A stretch of 64,000 nt of DNA from Octopus bimaculoides (GCF_001194135.2 NC_068988.1:2535903-2599902); one strand, 5' to 3'; numbered from the stretch's first letter, positions 1 to 13,614 are shown. A program made the numbers and translations. The notes: generated by a model from the letters alone, not told the origin.

Positions 1-338
1 TTTCCTTATCTGCTTCCCCTCTGGCTAAATAAACCTGTCGCCTAGCCTCCCTTCTGGCACATTGGTACAATTCCCTGCTACCACCGTTCTTCCAGTCCTT
101 CCAAGCCTGTTTCTTTTGTCTAATAGCCCTGTCTACCTCCTTGTTCCACCACCACGTTACTCTGGGTTGGGAGGGGACCTTACACCACCCACAAATCTGG
201 TCGGTGGCTTTCAACAGGTTGTCCCGCAGAAATCTCCAATTGTCTTCCACGTTGTATGATGCTATATCCCCTTCTATTTCGTTAAATGCTTCAAGTAACT
301 TGTCTCTAAGTCTCTGTCCGTTTGCAGGGTCTTTAAGA
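1..338 (-). mobile_element. RTE-clade LINE fragment (linker between endonuclease and RT), cut by window edge
   Basis: The minus strand reads openly as LKDPANGQRLRDKLLEAFNEIEGDIASYNVEDNWRFLRDNLLKATDQICGWCKVPSQPRVTWWWNKEVDRAIRQKKQAWKDWKNGGSRELYQCARREARRQV. The W..L....L...CG and WWWN.EV..AI..K..AW pattern is typical of RTE ORFs. Confidence 0.85.
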
Positions 339-1110
339 AAATGGAGAGTGTGAACACAGAAAAATCTTTTTATTCCTACAATAGTTAATTTCATGTCACC
401 TATGCATGTTTCAATTCCCACCTTCACTCATATTTTACAATTGAAATTGCATTATAAATTCAAAAGGGAAAAATCTCTGTAGGGCAAAATTGACATATAC
501 TCATATATATTCACTTACATTCCAGTGGATAGAAAGCTCCTTACATACTGAACAGCAGCATGTGTATCTTTGGATTTCCTTCTAAAAATAGCTAGAGGCT
601 AAACTACGACCATAGTGGACAATGGCTAGTTGCAATCTTTAAGAACTAGGTCATACTATCATTCACCTTTAATGGAGTTTAGATTGTATTTTTTCTAGAG
701 GCTACCACTCTTCTCCCTACTCACTTGTCAGAAGAATAAAAATAAGAATAAAGATAAAATATATATATTTGTAAGTATCGAAATCTATATAATTATTTAA
801 CTTCTACTCTTTTAATTGGGAGAATTTCAATTTTTAATATTATTATAATAATTTTTTATTGATTTAGATATATTAGTCTAATTTGTTGATAGTTTGATTA
901 TATATATTTAGAAAAATATATATATTAGATAGATTATATATATCTAGAAAAAAATTTCTATGCATTTTTTAATGGAGGTTCTATTCACTATGTATTACAT
1001 ATATGGAGCTAGATCATTTTCAAATGGTGAGGATGTGTTTCACTTCAAGATTTCTTCCTACATTTATTTTAATTTTATTATTCCTGGAGCGTTTATTTAA
1101 ATATAATTTA

Positions 1111-1482
1111 TTCTTTTATTCTTTTATTTGTTTTAGTCATTTTGACTGCGGCCATGCTAAGTTCCACCTTTAGCTGAACAAATCGACCCCGGACTTATTG
1201 TTTGTAACTTGCCAAACTGCTAAGTTACAGGGACATAAACACATCAACATCAGTTGTCAAGTGATGTTGAGGGTGACAAACACACACACAAATGCACACA
1301 CAAACACACACACACACATGACAGGCATCCTTCAGTTTCCGTCTACCAGATCCACTCACAACGTTTTGGTCAGCCTGAGGCTATAATAGAAGACAATTGC
1401 TCGAGGTACCATGCAGTGGGACTGAACCTGGAACCGTGTGTTTGGAAAGCAAGCTACTTACCACACAGCCACTCCTGCACCT
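1111..1482 (-). mobile_element. tRNA-derived SINE, family A, near full length
   Basis: The minus-strand head AGGTGCAGGAGTGGCTGTGTGGTAAGTAGCTTGC...GGTTCCAGGTTCAGTCCC has A/B-box-like motifs. It has an internal (CA)n and a CAGTCAAAATGAC...AAATAAAAGAATAAAAGAA tail. The same sequence recurs at 7.5, 19.0, 21.1, 28.8, 42.0, 54.1 and 58.3 kb. Confidence 0.85.
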
Positions 1483-2040
1483 ATTATTTAAAATCTATCA
1501 AATATAAATATATACATATATACATACAAACACTCACACACACACACACAGACATTCATGTGCACACATACACTCACAGGCACAGATACATACACACATA
1601 CATTCCTTTTCCTTATGAGTATAATAAGCTCTCTATCCCTCATTTATTTAATATAACTGTTAATTTATATATTTAGATACCTTTTAAATTCATAATGCAA
1701 TTTTAATTGTAAAATATGAATGAAGGTGGGAATTGAAACGTGCGTAGATGACATGAAATTAACTATTATAGAAATAAATTGATTTTCTGTGTTCACACTC
1801 TCCATTTTCTTTGTTATGTCATTAAATTCTGTTCTCCTATATCGGTTAGATGAAAATGTCTATAACGACAACTGGAACTTTATAAGTGTTAAACACTAAT
1901 GTCAAAGAAGAACCATTAATAAACACTAATATGAACACAAATTAACAAATTCCAGGAAAATTAATCGATATGGTGATAAACCGGTGTACACCCGGATGAA
2001 GTAGATCCCTGTGAAAGAGCAGCCTCTTTTCATTCAAAGC

Positions 2041-2128
2041 TATTCTTTTATTCTTTTATCTGTTTCAGTCATTTGACTGTGGCCATGCTGGAGCACTACC
2101 TTTAGCCAAGCAAATGGACCCCAGGACT
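2041..2128 (-). mobile_element. SINE family A, 3' tail fragment
   Basis: Matches the tail of the 1111-1482 copy (ttcttttatctgtttcagtcatttgactgtggccatgctggagcact...gaccccaggact). Confidence 0.75.
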
Positions 2129-2637
2129 AGTCTGTCATGGTTAGACTAGCCCAGAAACAAAAAAATCCTTTTGATTCCACATTGCTTTTCCTTCTCCCTC
2201 CCCCAACCAACCTCCCACACTGTCCCTTAAAATAGTAAACATTCCTTAGCTACACACAAGACAGAAAATGTCAGAAAGACAGGTCAGTTCCTCGCCAATC
2301 TTTTGTAAATTCTTAAATATATTCCTTCTGTGTATATATATATATATACTAACAAACAAACATGATTTTTATTGAACTCATAATACTTTTTGTTGAATAC
2401 TTTCTTAAATACTTTCTTGTAAATTGTTTTTAACATTCTCTTATTACCAAAGAATGTATAACTGTATTTTAATACAATTATGAAGACCATTTTTTAACAC
2501 AACAAAGCTCATAAAAAGCTTTACATTTTACTTTTGACAATCTTTTTCTAAAGAAGTGAAACCGGTCAAGTCAATAAACATCTTTAAAATTACATTTTCA
2601 AACCTTCCTTCATTATATATATACATGTATATATACA

Positions 2638-2894
2638 TCATCATCATTATCATCATCATCATCATTTAACGTCTGTTGTACATGCTGGCATGGGTTGGAT
2701 AGTTTGACCAGGGCTGGCATGCTGAAGAGCTGCACCAGACTCCAGATTTGGCATGGTTTTCTACAGCTGGATGCCCTTCCTAATGTCACCCCCGCCCCCA
2801 GAGTGTAATCGATTCTTTTACATGCCAATTTGCATGACACTGGTATCTGCCACGACTGCGAATTAGCTCAGCTTGATTGGTCTTCTTCTCAAGC
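2638..2894 (-). mobile_element. SINE-like repeat family B ((TGA)n-tailed)
   Basis: The minus strand has TTAGGAAGGGCATCCAGCTGTAGAAA and an ...ACGTTAAATGATGATGAT tail, shared with copies at 10.2, 25.5, 27.6, 29.6, 46.6 and 62.5 kb. Confidence 0.75.
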
Positions 2895-3107
2895 TTCGTC
2901 TGCTTCTGTGAGGCAATATACATATATTGATTAGTTGTAGAATTTATTAGAATCTAGGCAGATCAACAGGTAAGGCATCGGAATTGGCTAGATACCACAA
3001 CATAGGTTCTACAGTGAGGTAAAACAACCATGAGATGTTATGAGTTGGTAGTGTATTGCAGGCATATAGATATGTAGATCTGATTCAGTGTTGGCTCTTG
3101 GTATAGC

Positions 3108-3162
<55 letters not shown>

Positions 3163-3504
3163 CATGCTGACTTGCACATTCATAGAAACATGCAATCTTT
3201 ACATGTACATATAAATACAGAAAGGATATGAGGAAGGAAGAAAACAGAAGGTAAGTGACAGAGGAAAATGATGAATATGAGAAATGGTGTTTGAGAAAGC
3301 AGAAAGAAAATGGTGGTTGTAGGTTGTAGGGTGAACTAACTAAAGTATACATACGCCTATATAAATATAGGGGTACATAATGAAATGTACTGGGATTGTA
3401 AGCTTAAATGGAAAACCCTATAATGGGGTAAATAAATACATATCAAGTCGCTGCTATAAACAAAATATAAAGAAGTTGAGAAGAAATGGTAGCAAAAGAA
3501 GAAA

Positions 3505-3790
3505 AAAAATTAAGTAATTTCTAAGCATTTGCTGTTACTGGTACCTGATGACATTACAAGGATAAAGATGATGTATTTCTGATTCTGCTGTTTTGTAGGT
3601 AGAAGAGAATTGTGGAAATAAGGTGAGATGACAGATAGAGAGAGGTGGTTCATGGGGTGAAGTATTGAAATGTCGGTCAACTGTTTTGAAGGGTTTTGGA
3701 GTGTCGAGTAAATTTTCAATGGTTATTCAGTAACGCATAGGCTTGATGTTTTGATTTAGGCAGGCTGTGAGTTGCTGCTACTACCAGATA
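3505..3790 (-). mobile_element. Penelope-like element, degenerate GIY-YIG C-terminal fragment
   Basis: Frameshifted minus-strand peptides VDRHFNTSPHEPPLSICHLTL and QNQKYIIFILVMSSGTSN resemble the PLE consensus V..HFN...H and EQK.IF.LGTL.P.GIN. Confidence 0.5.
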
Positions 3791-3990
3791 GATCTTGTTT
3801 CTCTCGCTTTCTCTTTCACACACACATGTACACACACACACACACACACACACTCACATGCACACAAACATGCAATATATATGTCTTTGTTTATATATAT
3901 ATACACACGCACATATATATATTATATATATATGATATATATATCATATATATAATATATGTACATATAATATATATATATATTGCATAC

Positions 3991-4025
<35 letters not shown>

Positions 4026-6428
4026 AATGTATATATGTATGCATGTACTTGGGAGGGTAATCTTCTATACATCCAACATTTGTTATTATTTACTCATAAA
4101 CGAAATTCAGTTGGTGTTTCTTGCAGGTCATATAGAATTCCTGTATTTACCGGAATATAAAAAATACGAGAACATTTCCATCTATAGCAAGGGAAAAAAC
4201 AAGAGAAAAATGAAAAGAAAGAAAAACTAGAAAAGATAAAAACCTCCTGCCAGACATTATTGATCTTTTGGAAAGAAATATCTGAATTCCTGACACAAAA
4301 CGGGATAAAGATTAATATATATTATCCATAACCATTTCAGAGGGATTTTTTTCTTTTCGCAAAAGCCATTCTGGGGTCCAAATTGAATATTTCATTACAG
4401 AGAAATCTTTATTTATTTGCCTTTAATTTTTATCAAGGATTCGTGAAAGCTCCACAGGTTTTATTAAATCATATATCCCACTTTGGCTCAGTGGCTTCTT
4501 GCACAACAATGTCCACCAAAATCTAATGTCCATAGAGATTTATTCCATTACAGAATATGTTTATTCTGCTGGTTGGCATTCCTTTCATCTTTATTCTTTA
4601 TTAACCAAGCTTGACAAACAATTATAAAGATGATATATGACAAATATATTGCTACCGGTAGCTGCTTACTCATTACAACAACAGCACTGAGCGTTTCTTA
4701 GTTACAGAATGCAAGCACTTGGAGAAACTCTATTATGTGACTTGAAAATTTATTGCCCTCGACATATCAGGGCTAGAGGATTGGAAGGAAATATTCTAGA
4801 AAATTCCGATAATATTTAGAATCACAATATAATGGAGAACTGCAGAATGACAAATAACTCGTATATTAAGTCGATAACAGGTTGCTTCATTAAACAAAGC
4901 ATATACTAAAGAAGATTTAATTTAAAAGAGTTTCACCTTAATTTGAAGGAGTTTCACCTCAAAATATCCTCAAACATTAAATATATTTAAGATTGGAAAG
5001 TCTATTTAACAATAATTATTGGATTAAAACAGCTGTTATCTAAAATTACTTTCACTTAAATTATATACATGTATGTGTCTGTGTTGTGTGCATGTGTGTG
5101 TGTATGTGTGTGTGTGTGTATGTATGTGTGTGTGAGTGTTTGCGTGTGCGTGTGTTGCCAACACATGCCTGTGGTGTGTTAAGTAATTTATCAAGTTTAT
5201 TAATATAAAATATATTTAAAGTGTTAACTGATCAGATAAGCAGAAGAAGCAAAATTATGCCGTTTCAGATAAATGCACGTAATACAGAGAATATAATTCT
5301 TCTTTTGGTAAATCTATTTTCCTCAACGAAATATGTAAGAGACTGTTTGAGTAATTAACCAGCAATGGTTCTGGGTTCTGCCAGAGACACACAGCCATTG
5401 ACTCCTCATAAGATTGTATCATGCTTGAAGAGAGATTAAACCACCACTGCTACTTCTGCTGCCACCACCACCACTGCCACCACTGCTGCTGCCACCACTA
5501 CTGCCACTACCACTGCCGCTGCCGCTGCAGCGGTTAACGTGACTCCTGCGATTTCATAGGTTTCAGAATTGGTTTGCTGGTGCCGTCTTTTCTGTATTTT
5601 ACAGGAAGTTAAAGAGCTAACAATAAAAGAAACAGTAAAAGGAGTTCCGTTGTCTGTATCTAGGATCATAAGAATATTTCCCGGCTGAGCTTTCATTGAA
5701 GGACCTTAATAATGAAATCAGGTGCCAGTGAAATTGTCAAAACTACCTCTTGTCACTCTTGGAACGAACCAATTAGGATTCACCTGTAATATTTACCAAG
5801 AAACAGACAATAGTAGTCTACATGCACATGTTACCAAGCATCAAATAATTCCAGTCAAGGAGTCCATTTCGAAGCAAGATTGAGAATTTTTTTTAGCAAA
5901 CTGAACACAAACTATGGTAAATTGAATTACACCAGAAATGAGTCGAGGCTATGAAAGAGATAAGCATGTTAATGGGTTTGTCTTTTTGATGTCAATGTGA
6001 GATGAATGCAGATCTTATATAATAGCTTTCCTTAGAATAGGAGGAACTGCATTGCAATCACAATAATCAGAATTAAATTAAATGTATTCTTGCATAGAAA
6101 AATATTTTTGTTTTGGATGATCTCTGCCAGTGCTACCTGAAGTGTCAAATGATGTCTCTGCAATAACATCAAGTATCAAATATAAAATCACTCCTACTGA
6201 CAGATCGGGGTTGACTAAAACAGCAATCTTTTGTTGAATTTGGAAGCTTCATGTTAGGCTAACAAAAAAGAAAGTCTACATGTGGCATGTTTTTGCTTTA
6301 TGATGTTCAATGTTGTGGAAATAACCATTATTATCAATAACTCCAGCACTGGAGCCATTGCAGAAGAACCATTTGAGAGGGGATTTATTAAGACTGAACT
6401 GAACTGCTTTATCACCTGTAACAATATT

Positions 6429-6647
6429 GGTTTCAAATTTTGGCACAAGGCCAGCAGTTTTGGGGAGGAATCAAACAAATTACATTGACCCCACTGTTCA
6501 GCTAATACTTATTTTATTGACCCCCACCCACAAAGGATAAAAGGCAAGATCGATCTTGAGAGAATTTGAACTCAGAGCATAAAGATGGATGAAATGCCAC
6601 TGAGCATTTTGCCGGGCATGCTAACCGTTGTGCCAACTTACTGCCTT
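6429..6647 (-). mobile_element. tRNA-derived SINE, family C, inserted in the Gypsy RNase H region
   Basis: Matches the family seen at 50.6-51.8 kb (head ...GGTTAGCATGCCCGGCAAAATGCTCAG...CTCTGAGTTCAAATT, core TTTTATCCTTT...GGGGTCAATAAAATAAGTA). It sits directly after the RNase H SHKAV motif. Confidence 0.8.
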
Positions 6648-7520
6648 ATGACTCATCACAATATTGAAATAACTGTTGAAGAGATTCTTGTGTAAAAGTT
6701 TAACTGCCCAATAAGTGGCTAAAGATTCTAAGACAGTTTGTGAATAATCTTATTTTGCTTGAGACAAGCATCTAATAATCCACAAGATAGGATAACCAGC
6801 ATGTTCTTAGAAATGCATCAAGTGCAAGATCGAAAGCATTGGTAATTAAAAATTAATGTCTTTTGCAGGGAATAAATATGGTAACAAGCACCAGTTGAAA
6901 TGGATTTCAGTCAAACTTGAAGTGAATTGGCCCCTTGGATTTCAATTCAGATTATAATTTGGAAAATGAGTCTGTTGCTAGCTGCAGTGGAATTTGGAAT
7001 AAATGTTGAACTGTACTGCATTAGCACCTAACATGGAATGTATTCTGTCAAATTTAGTAAAAGATGAAGAATTCCTTACAGCTGAAAGTTGATTGGGATC
7101 CGGTTTGGTGCCATTAGAAATGACAATATAATATAGGCAATATAATGCAAATACTTGGAAACATTAATTTTAATATTGCATTTGACCAGCATTTGTAGAA
7201 ATTGCAGTAAATATTAATCATGTGTTGGCTTATTAATTGCAGGAATAATTATAGCATTTTGATAAGCAGCCACATCAGGCAATTGACCAAAAATGAAATC
7301 GATGGTAGATAGGGATATTAGTAGTGAAACATTATCGAAGAAGTTAGACAATTCCAATGGTATATAAATATTGATACACACAGAACTAGATGATATTTGT
7401 AAGACAATATTCTGTATATTAATCTGTAAGAAGTGTGTGGAATTATTCAGCTTAGAATATTCTCAGGTTTTTCAATAACACACCTATATTGAGGGCAAAC
7501 ATCTTACTTAATAGTGTGTA

Positions 7521-8093
7521 ATTCTTTTATTTGTTTCAGTCATTTGACTGCAGCCATGCTGGAGCACTGCCTTTTAGTCAAAGAAATCGACCCCAGGACT
7601 TATTCTTTGTAAGTCTAGTACTTATTTGATTTGTCTCCTTTGCTGAACAGCTAAGTTATGGGCACAGGAACACATCAACATCAGTTGTCAAGCGATGGTG
7701 GTGGGGACAAACTCACACAAAGATACACACATAAATATATATATGTATATATATCCATATGTATATATANNNNNNNNNNNNNNNNNNNNNNNNNNNNNNN
7801 NNNNNNNNNNNNNNNNNNNNNNNNNNNNNNNNNNNNNNNNNNNNNNNNNNNNNNATATATATACATATATATATATATATGTATATATATCCATATGTAT
7901 ATATATCCATATGTATATATATCCATATATATGACAGGCTTCTTTCAGTCTCTGTCTACCAAATCCACTCACAAGCTTTTGGTCAGCCTGAGGTTATAGT
8001 AGACGACTCTTACCCAAGGTACCATGCAGTGGGACTGAACTCAGAACCATGTAGTTGGGAAGCAAGCTTCTTACCTCACAGCCATACCTGTAC
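7521..8093 (-). mobile_element. SINE family A, full length, spanning an N gap
   Basis: The tail (7521-7720) and head (7930-8093) match the 1111-1482 copy. Inserted within the Gypsy RT region. Confidence 0.8.
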
Positions 8094-8231
8094 AAAAGTT
8101 GTTTGAGATGCACAGAATAATAGCCCCAACTCCTTTAAGGCTGTGACAATCAGTGTTACTTGTTTTGATGATTCAACAAGGGTCAAAGTCTTCTTGAACG
8201 AAATGATTGGTTATAAATCAGTAAGCAGAAA

Positions 8232-8470
8232 GGTGACAGCACATAGCCTAGTGGTAGGGTGTTGCACTCACAGTCACAAGATCATGGTTTCGATTCTCAG
8301 ATCTGACAGTGCATTGTGTTCTTGAGTAAAACATAACATGCCAATTTTTTTCCCCAATCTGCTCTCCTATAAATGAGTTTGATCCTGCGTTAGACTGGGG
8401 TACTTTTCAAAGGACTGCTATGATCTCAGTCAGTTGTATGCCATGGAAACTAGGTGACCAGCCCTTTTGG
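8232..8470 (+). mobile_element. tRNA-derived SINE, family D, degenerate
   Basis: Head CATAGCCTAGTGGTAGGGTGTTGCACTCAC...GGTTTCGATTCTC followed by TTGTGTTCTTGAGTAAAACA. Similar to 21388-21680 and 54320-54560. Confidence 0.6.
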
Positions 8471-9556
8471 TTCTTGGGCTCAAGACAACAGTGCCCAAAG
8501 GATTAGCTTTATCAGATCACCCAGAATCATGAGACATAACCAAGGAATATACATCTCAGTTGAGTGACTTTCTGATTTAAGATTAGTGATATACTCAAGT
8601 AAGGAATGTTCCTTCATAACAAAAGACATTGACACATTTGAAGCTCTTGTGTCTTCGAAACTCAATATTGGTATTCCATTTCAAATGACATGAAGCATTC
8701 AAGAAACTAATTTTATCCTAGAATTTGGTGAAAGAAAAAATATCAGTGAATCATGAAACCATGTATCAAGACGTTTGTCAGCATAATTTTAACCTTTGGG
8801 TAAAATTTTTGTTGCTCTGAATTTATCTTAGATTTGGTACTACCAATGTCTATAATGAATGTAGGAGCATTGCCTGGAACTTATTTGAAGAATTGTTAAA
8901 TATGTGATGAATGTGGCACTGAATTTAATAATGATTTACCTTTATTGTCTGTTGAACCATTTAGAAACATTGAGAGACAAACCTTGGCAATGTGATCCTT
9001 CTTTTGGCACTTATGATAAACAGCATTTCTGAACTTAGAGTGTGCTTGATTATGTTGCTTCCCAAAGACAAGGTCTGAACCTCTGTCAGGGTTCTTGTGA
9101 AGTCTTCTTCAAAGGAAGTCTTCATCAAACGAAGTGCTTTAACTGGATTAGATTACTGATAAGCTGCAGGTTGTCTCACAGAAATAGTTTCATAGTTTCA
9201 TATTCCTCATAAAATGATTTCACTATCAGGAATGTTCCTTACTCTAAAACGTGAACTTTCTCTTGTATGTTGGTGTTATTGATTCTAGCAGTCAAAAAAA
9301 TCACAAAAACACAATTTCAAACTGTTCGTCAAATGCTAAACTTTCAAATCGATTAGTCATTATTGTGAAAAAGAGAATGTGACTTTGAACATTCAGCCAC
9401 TTTAGTTTGAAATGGATGGAAGTGCTGAACGATCAGCCACTTTAGTTTCTACATAAGACATGCCTTTGAGCAACATTTTGGATTTGCTAAAGAAATAAAC
9501 TTTTTCACTAAGTAAAGTACAAAGTACTTTGTCCTTACTGAGTACTTATTTAAAAT

Positions 9557-9739
9557 TATAATACAGGGTATCTAAGAGATACCACCACGCTGAAAAATAG
9601 CAGTCAAATCCTGACTCTAAAACCACAATAAATGTCCACATAGCACGAGTAGCTATGTGGACATTTATTGTGGTTTTAGAGTCAGGATTTGACTGCTATT
9701 TTTCAGCGTGGTGGTATCTCTTAGATACCCTGTATTATA
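9557..9739. repeat. Perfect inverted repeat (88-bp arms, 7-nt loop)
   Basis: 9557-9644 is the exact reverse complement of 9652-9739, with loop ACGAGTA. The right arm ends at an N gap. Confidence 0.95.
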
Positions 9740-10044
9740 NNNNNNNNNNGAGAGAGAGAGAGAGAGAGAGAGAGAGGTACTCAGTTGCTGATGAAATAAA
9801 AATATGACTAAAATTATTTCAGCTGATAATCGTTTTTGTCTGTCTAAGGTGGGATTGTGTAAAAGCCATGACGCCTGTTCCCAACTGTCCAATGTAATCA
9901 CCAATCTCAATCACTTTACACATGCAGTGCTGACATTCAACCTATAGGTTTATTCTGTTGCATATTTTACATATATATTCATAGGCAAAAAGATAGATAG
10001 ACAGACGGACAGACAGACGGGCAGACAGACAGTCAGACAGATAG

Positions 10045-10075
<31 letters not shown>

Positions 10076-10180
10076 GATAAACAGAGAGACAGAGAGACTG
10101 ACAGATAGACAGTTAGATAGATAGATAGATAGATAGATAAAAATCACACACACACACACACACACACACACAAATGCACA

Positions 10181-10372
10181 CATCAGGGCCCATGTCACAT
10201 AAAAAGCATCCAATTCTCTCTGTAAAGTGGTTGATATTAGGAAGGGCATCCGGCCATAGAAGTCATGCCAGAATAGGCAGTGGGGCATTCCTTTGGCTTG
10301 ACAGCTTCTGTCAACCCATCCAACCTATCTCAGCATGAAGAAAGATGGTAAATGATAATGATGATGATAATG
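10181..10372 (+). mobile_element. SINE-like family B, degenerate 3' part
   Basis: Contains TAAAAAGCATCC...TTAGGAAGGGCATCCGGCCATAGAA...TAAATGATAATGATGAT. Confidence 0.6.
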
Positions 10373-10404
10373 ATATACAGATATATATCATCATCATAAT
10401 TTAA

Positions 10405-10470
<66 letters not shown>

Positions 10471-11931
10471 ATATTATATAAATATAGAGTAGTGGTACAA
10501 CAAGGCACCAATATTTACTGGAAATAGCAGTCAATATATTTACAATGCCATAGTAAAGCTTCACTGTTTATATACTGGCAAAGACGTTTGAGTGCAACAA
10601 ACATGAAAAATTTTGTGTTACCTCTAGGATGAACATTAGATAAATGGACAACCCAGAATTGGATAATCCAGTACCTAGGTTTTGAACTCTTCAAATACAT
10701 TTATCCACATAAGTTTGATCATTCTTCATCAGCTACATTTACCTGGACAATATTTCAAATGTTGTCACATCAATGCCAGTATACTCGCCTGAACACTTAG
10801 CCGTTAACAGACCAAGGACAGCGAAAAAGTTTTCAATGAAAAATAAAATATTGCAACAGTATAAATATAGAGTAGTGGTACAACAAGGCATCAATATATT
10901 TATACTTCTACCTTTACGGTGCTTTATTTTACTGGAAAGAAATACATTTGTATTGCAATATTTTATTTAATATTGCATACATACATGTGTAAATATATAG
11001 CTAGCATTATATAATATATACATATATATTTCTATATATATCATATATATATATTTATGTGTGCGTGTATGCGTGTGTTTGTGTGTGTGAGTGTGTATAC
11101 CACGTGAGCAAAACCTATATATGCAATTCTCTGTTGGCCTGTTGTAATCTTAATGCCCATTAGCTACTCCATACTACATTGTCAGTCAATAAGGAGTGGT
11201 GATTTGAAAGCACCAGTTAATCTGTTTGTTCCGTGTGTAGACCATAAAACCACATTGCTATATCTATGGTGCCAGGACTTTGCTAGACTCTATTGCCCAT
11301 GATTGGCATCATTTCAGCTAAATGATTATTTATTCATTTAAATGCACATGCAACAGCAAAGATGCAAAGAATGTTTACAAATAGCAACTTGTGATTTATG
11401 TAAGCATCAATGACTGAAACCAAAATATTAAAACTACAGAAGAGATGTGACTTATATACGAGTATACACGATGCATCCTATCACACACAATAGGTACACA
11501 TAGACACTTACTCCCCCCCGCCGCCCCACAAACATCATGAATTTTACATACCTACACACACACATCATGAAATTTACATATATATGCTTATATATATATA
11601 TATGCTGTGTGTATGTATACATATATCGTTGGTATAATGTTAAACTGTTGTATGTCCAGGTTTTGCCGAAAGTGATTTTTTTTGCAATATTTATTTTTGC
11701 TTGCAATAGCCGGTTCTTTTGGTGAAACTATCGTATCTCCAGCTGCTTCAGATGCCAAGATATCAAAAATTGTGAAAGTGTAGTACAACAGTTTTGCTAT
11801 GGAATGGTGAAACTACATATTTTCTGAAAAAGCAACATTTTGGACTTATGATGCTTTTGCATAATACCAACAATATCTATCTATCTATATATATATACAT
11901 ATATAATATATATGCGCATGCATGTATATAT

Positions 11932-11978
<47 letters not shown>

Positions 11979-12007
11979 GTCTGTTTGTCTGTCTGTCTGC
12001 TTGTCTG

Positions 12008-12049
<42 letters not shown>

Positions 12050-12510
12050 GATAGATAGATAGATAGATGGATATTGATATATTGCCATCTGTGCACCAAA
12101 CTACATATATAAATGCCATTAAAAGTCATGAAGCCGTAGAATTGTTGGAAACAATATATTTTCATAGATTTGTTGGGTTAAAAAATGCTATACATGTTGC
12201 AGTGAAATGAACAACATCATTGCAATCTCTCACAAGAACAACAAATGCATTTTGCCTTTTTCTGAGCTTTATCAATACTCTGCACTCGATTGTCACCTGC
12301 TTAAATGAGATTCATGCTTCAATATATAGGAAATAATGAATAAAGCATTCACTAACAATCCAGAAGCTTGCTGAGTTGTACAAAAATTCAGTATACATAA
12401 GGGAAACAACATTGAATTAAAATCACCATCTGTATGTCATACTAAATACATTGACATTGAGAGAAGACATCTATCTATTAATCATTCTATCTATCTACCT
12501 ATCTACCTAC

Positions 12511-12561
<51 letters not shown>

Positions 12562-12567
12562 CATGTG

Positions 12568-12607
<40 letters not shown>

Positions 12608-13575
12608 NNNNNNNNNNNNNNNNNNNNNNNNNNNNNNNNNNNNNNNNNNNNNNNNNNNNNNNNNNNNNNNNNNNNNNNNNNNNNNNNNNNNNNNNNNNNN
12701 NNNNNNNNNNNNNNNNNNNNNNNNNNNNNNNNNNNNNNNNNNNNNNNNNNNNNNNNNNNNNNNNNNNNNNNNNNNNNNNNNNNNNNNNNNNNNNNNNNNN
12801 NNNNNNNNNNNNNNNNNNNNNNNNNNNNNNNNNNNNNNNNNNNNNNNNNNNNNNNNNNNNNNNNNNNNNNNNNNNNNNNNNNNNNNNNNNNNNNNNNNNN
12901 NNNNNNNNNNNNNNNCATAGGAACCAGTCAGGCGGCACTGGCATTAGCCACGTTCGGATGGTGCTTTTTACGTTCCACCAGCAGGGGAGCCAGTTGGGGG
13001 GGGGGCGGTCTTTCTCCAAGTCCACAAAGCCAAATATAGGGGTTTATCTTTGGCTAGGTATTTCTCCTGCAGTTACCGAAGCAGGAATATAGCATCAGTG
13101 GTTCTTCTACCTGGCACAAAACTGAACTGCATCTCATCTAAGCAGACTCTCTCCCTAATTAGTTGGACTATGACCCTCTCTGTGACCATCATCACCTGAA
13201 TATATTTATAAATATGGGTGTGTATGAGAATTTTTGCATAAGGTAATTAAGGAATTCATTAACCTATGGCGAATGCAATTTCTTGAAAAAATCCAAGTCT
13301 AATGTAAGGGAGATAACAATTGAAATATTTTTATAAGTTATATGTACCTGATATGTACACTTATTTCAAAATCTCATTCAGTCTTCTGTAACCTTGTGCA
13401 TTCTCATCAAAAATGGAGACAAATAGCAACACTTTCATCTGGCATGCTTGAAAAATTGTGAAGTTTCTTCTCCACATGAAACCATAGGTTGCCCTGTCAA
13501 CTTACAAATAAAGAATATTTATCCACCAATGTGGAAGTGAACACTCATTCTTACTGTTCAGTATTAATGTATGCT

Positions 13576-13614
<39 letters not shown>

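Larger units (their letters stand above)
5230..9520 (-). mobile_element. Decayed Ty3/Gypsy LTR retrotransposon internal region (gag-PR-RT-RH-IN), interrupted by SINEs
   Basis: Domains appear in Gypsy order on the minus strand. Knuckle HKCQKKDHIAKVC (~8980); protease NGIPILSFEDTRAS (~8660); RT remnants AAYQNAIII and ISNGTKPDPNQLSAVR (~7090-7290); RNase H DYSQTVLESLATYWAVKLLHKNLFNSYFNIVMSHKAV (~6640-6750); integrase LHSSHIDIKK, SLCSVC, W*HVHVDYYCLFLGKYY, ILDTDNGTPF, KTAPANQF (~5570-6010). Many stops and frameshifts; no LTR pair found. Confidence 0.9.

Noticed and set aside
1965-2030. AAACCGGTGTACACC-CGGATGA-AG...GAAAGAG hammerhead-like words
   Set aside because: The core is altered, helix II does not pair and the order fits no clean topology.
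4100-5000. Possible L1 3' remnant (LLIFWKEISEFL)
   Set aside because: There is only one weak motif and no collinear domain order could be established.
5436-5696. ORF with DTDNG read as a cadherin exon
   Set aside because: The context (HVHVDY, TAP, upstream HHCC remnants) identifies it as Gypsy integrase running into a microsatellite.
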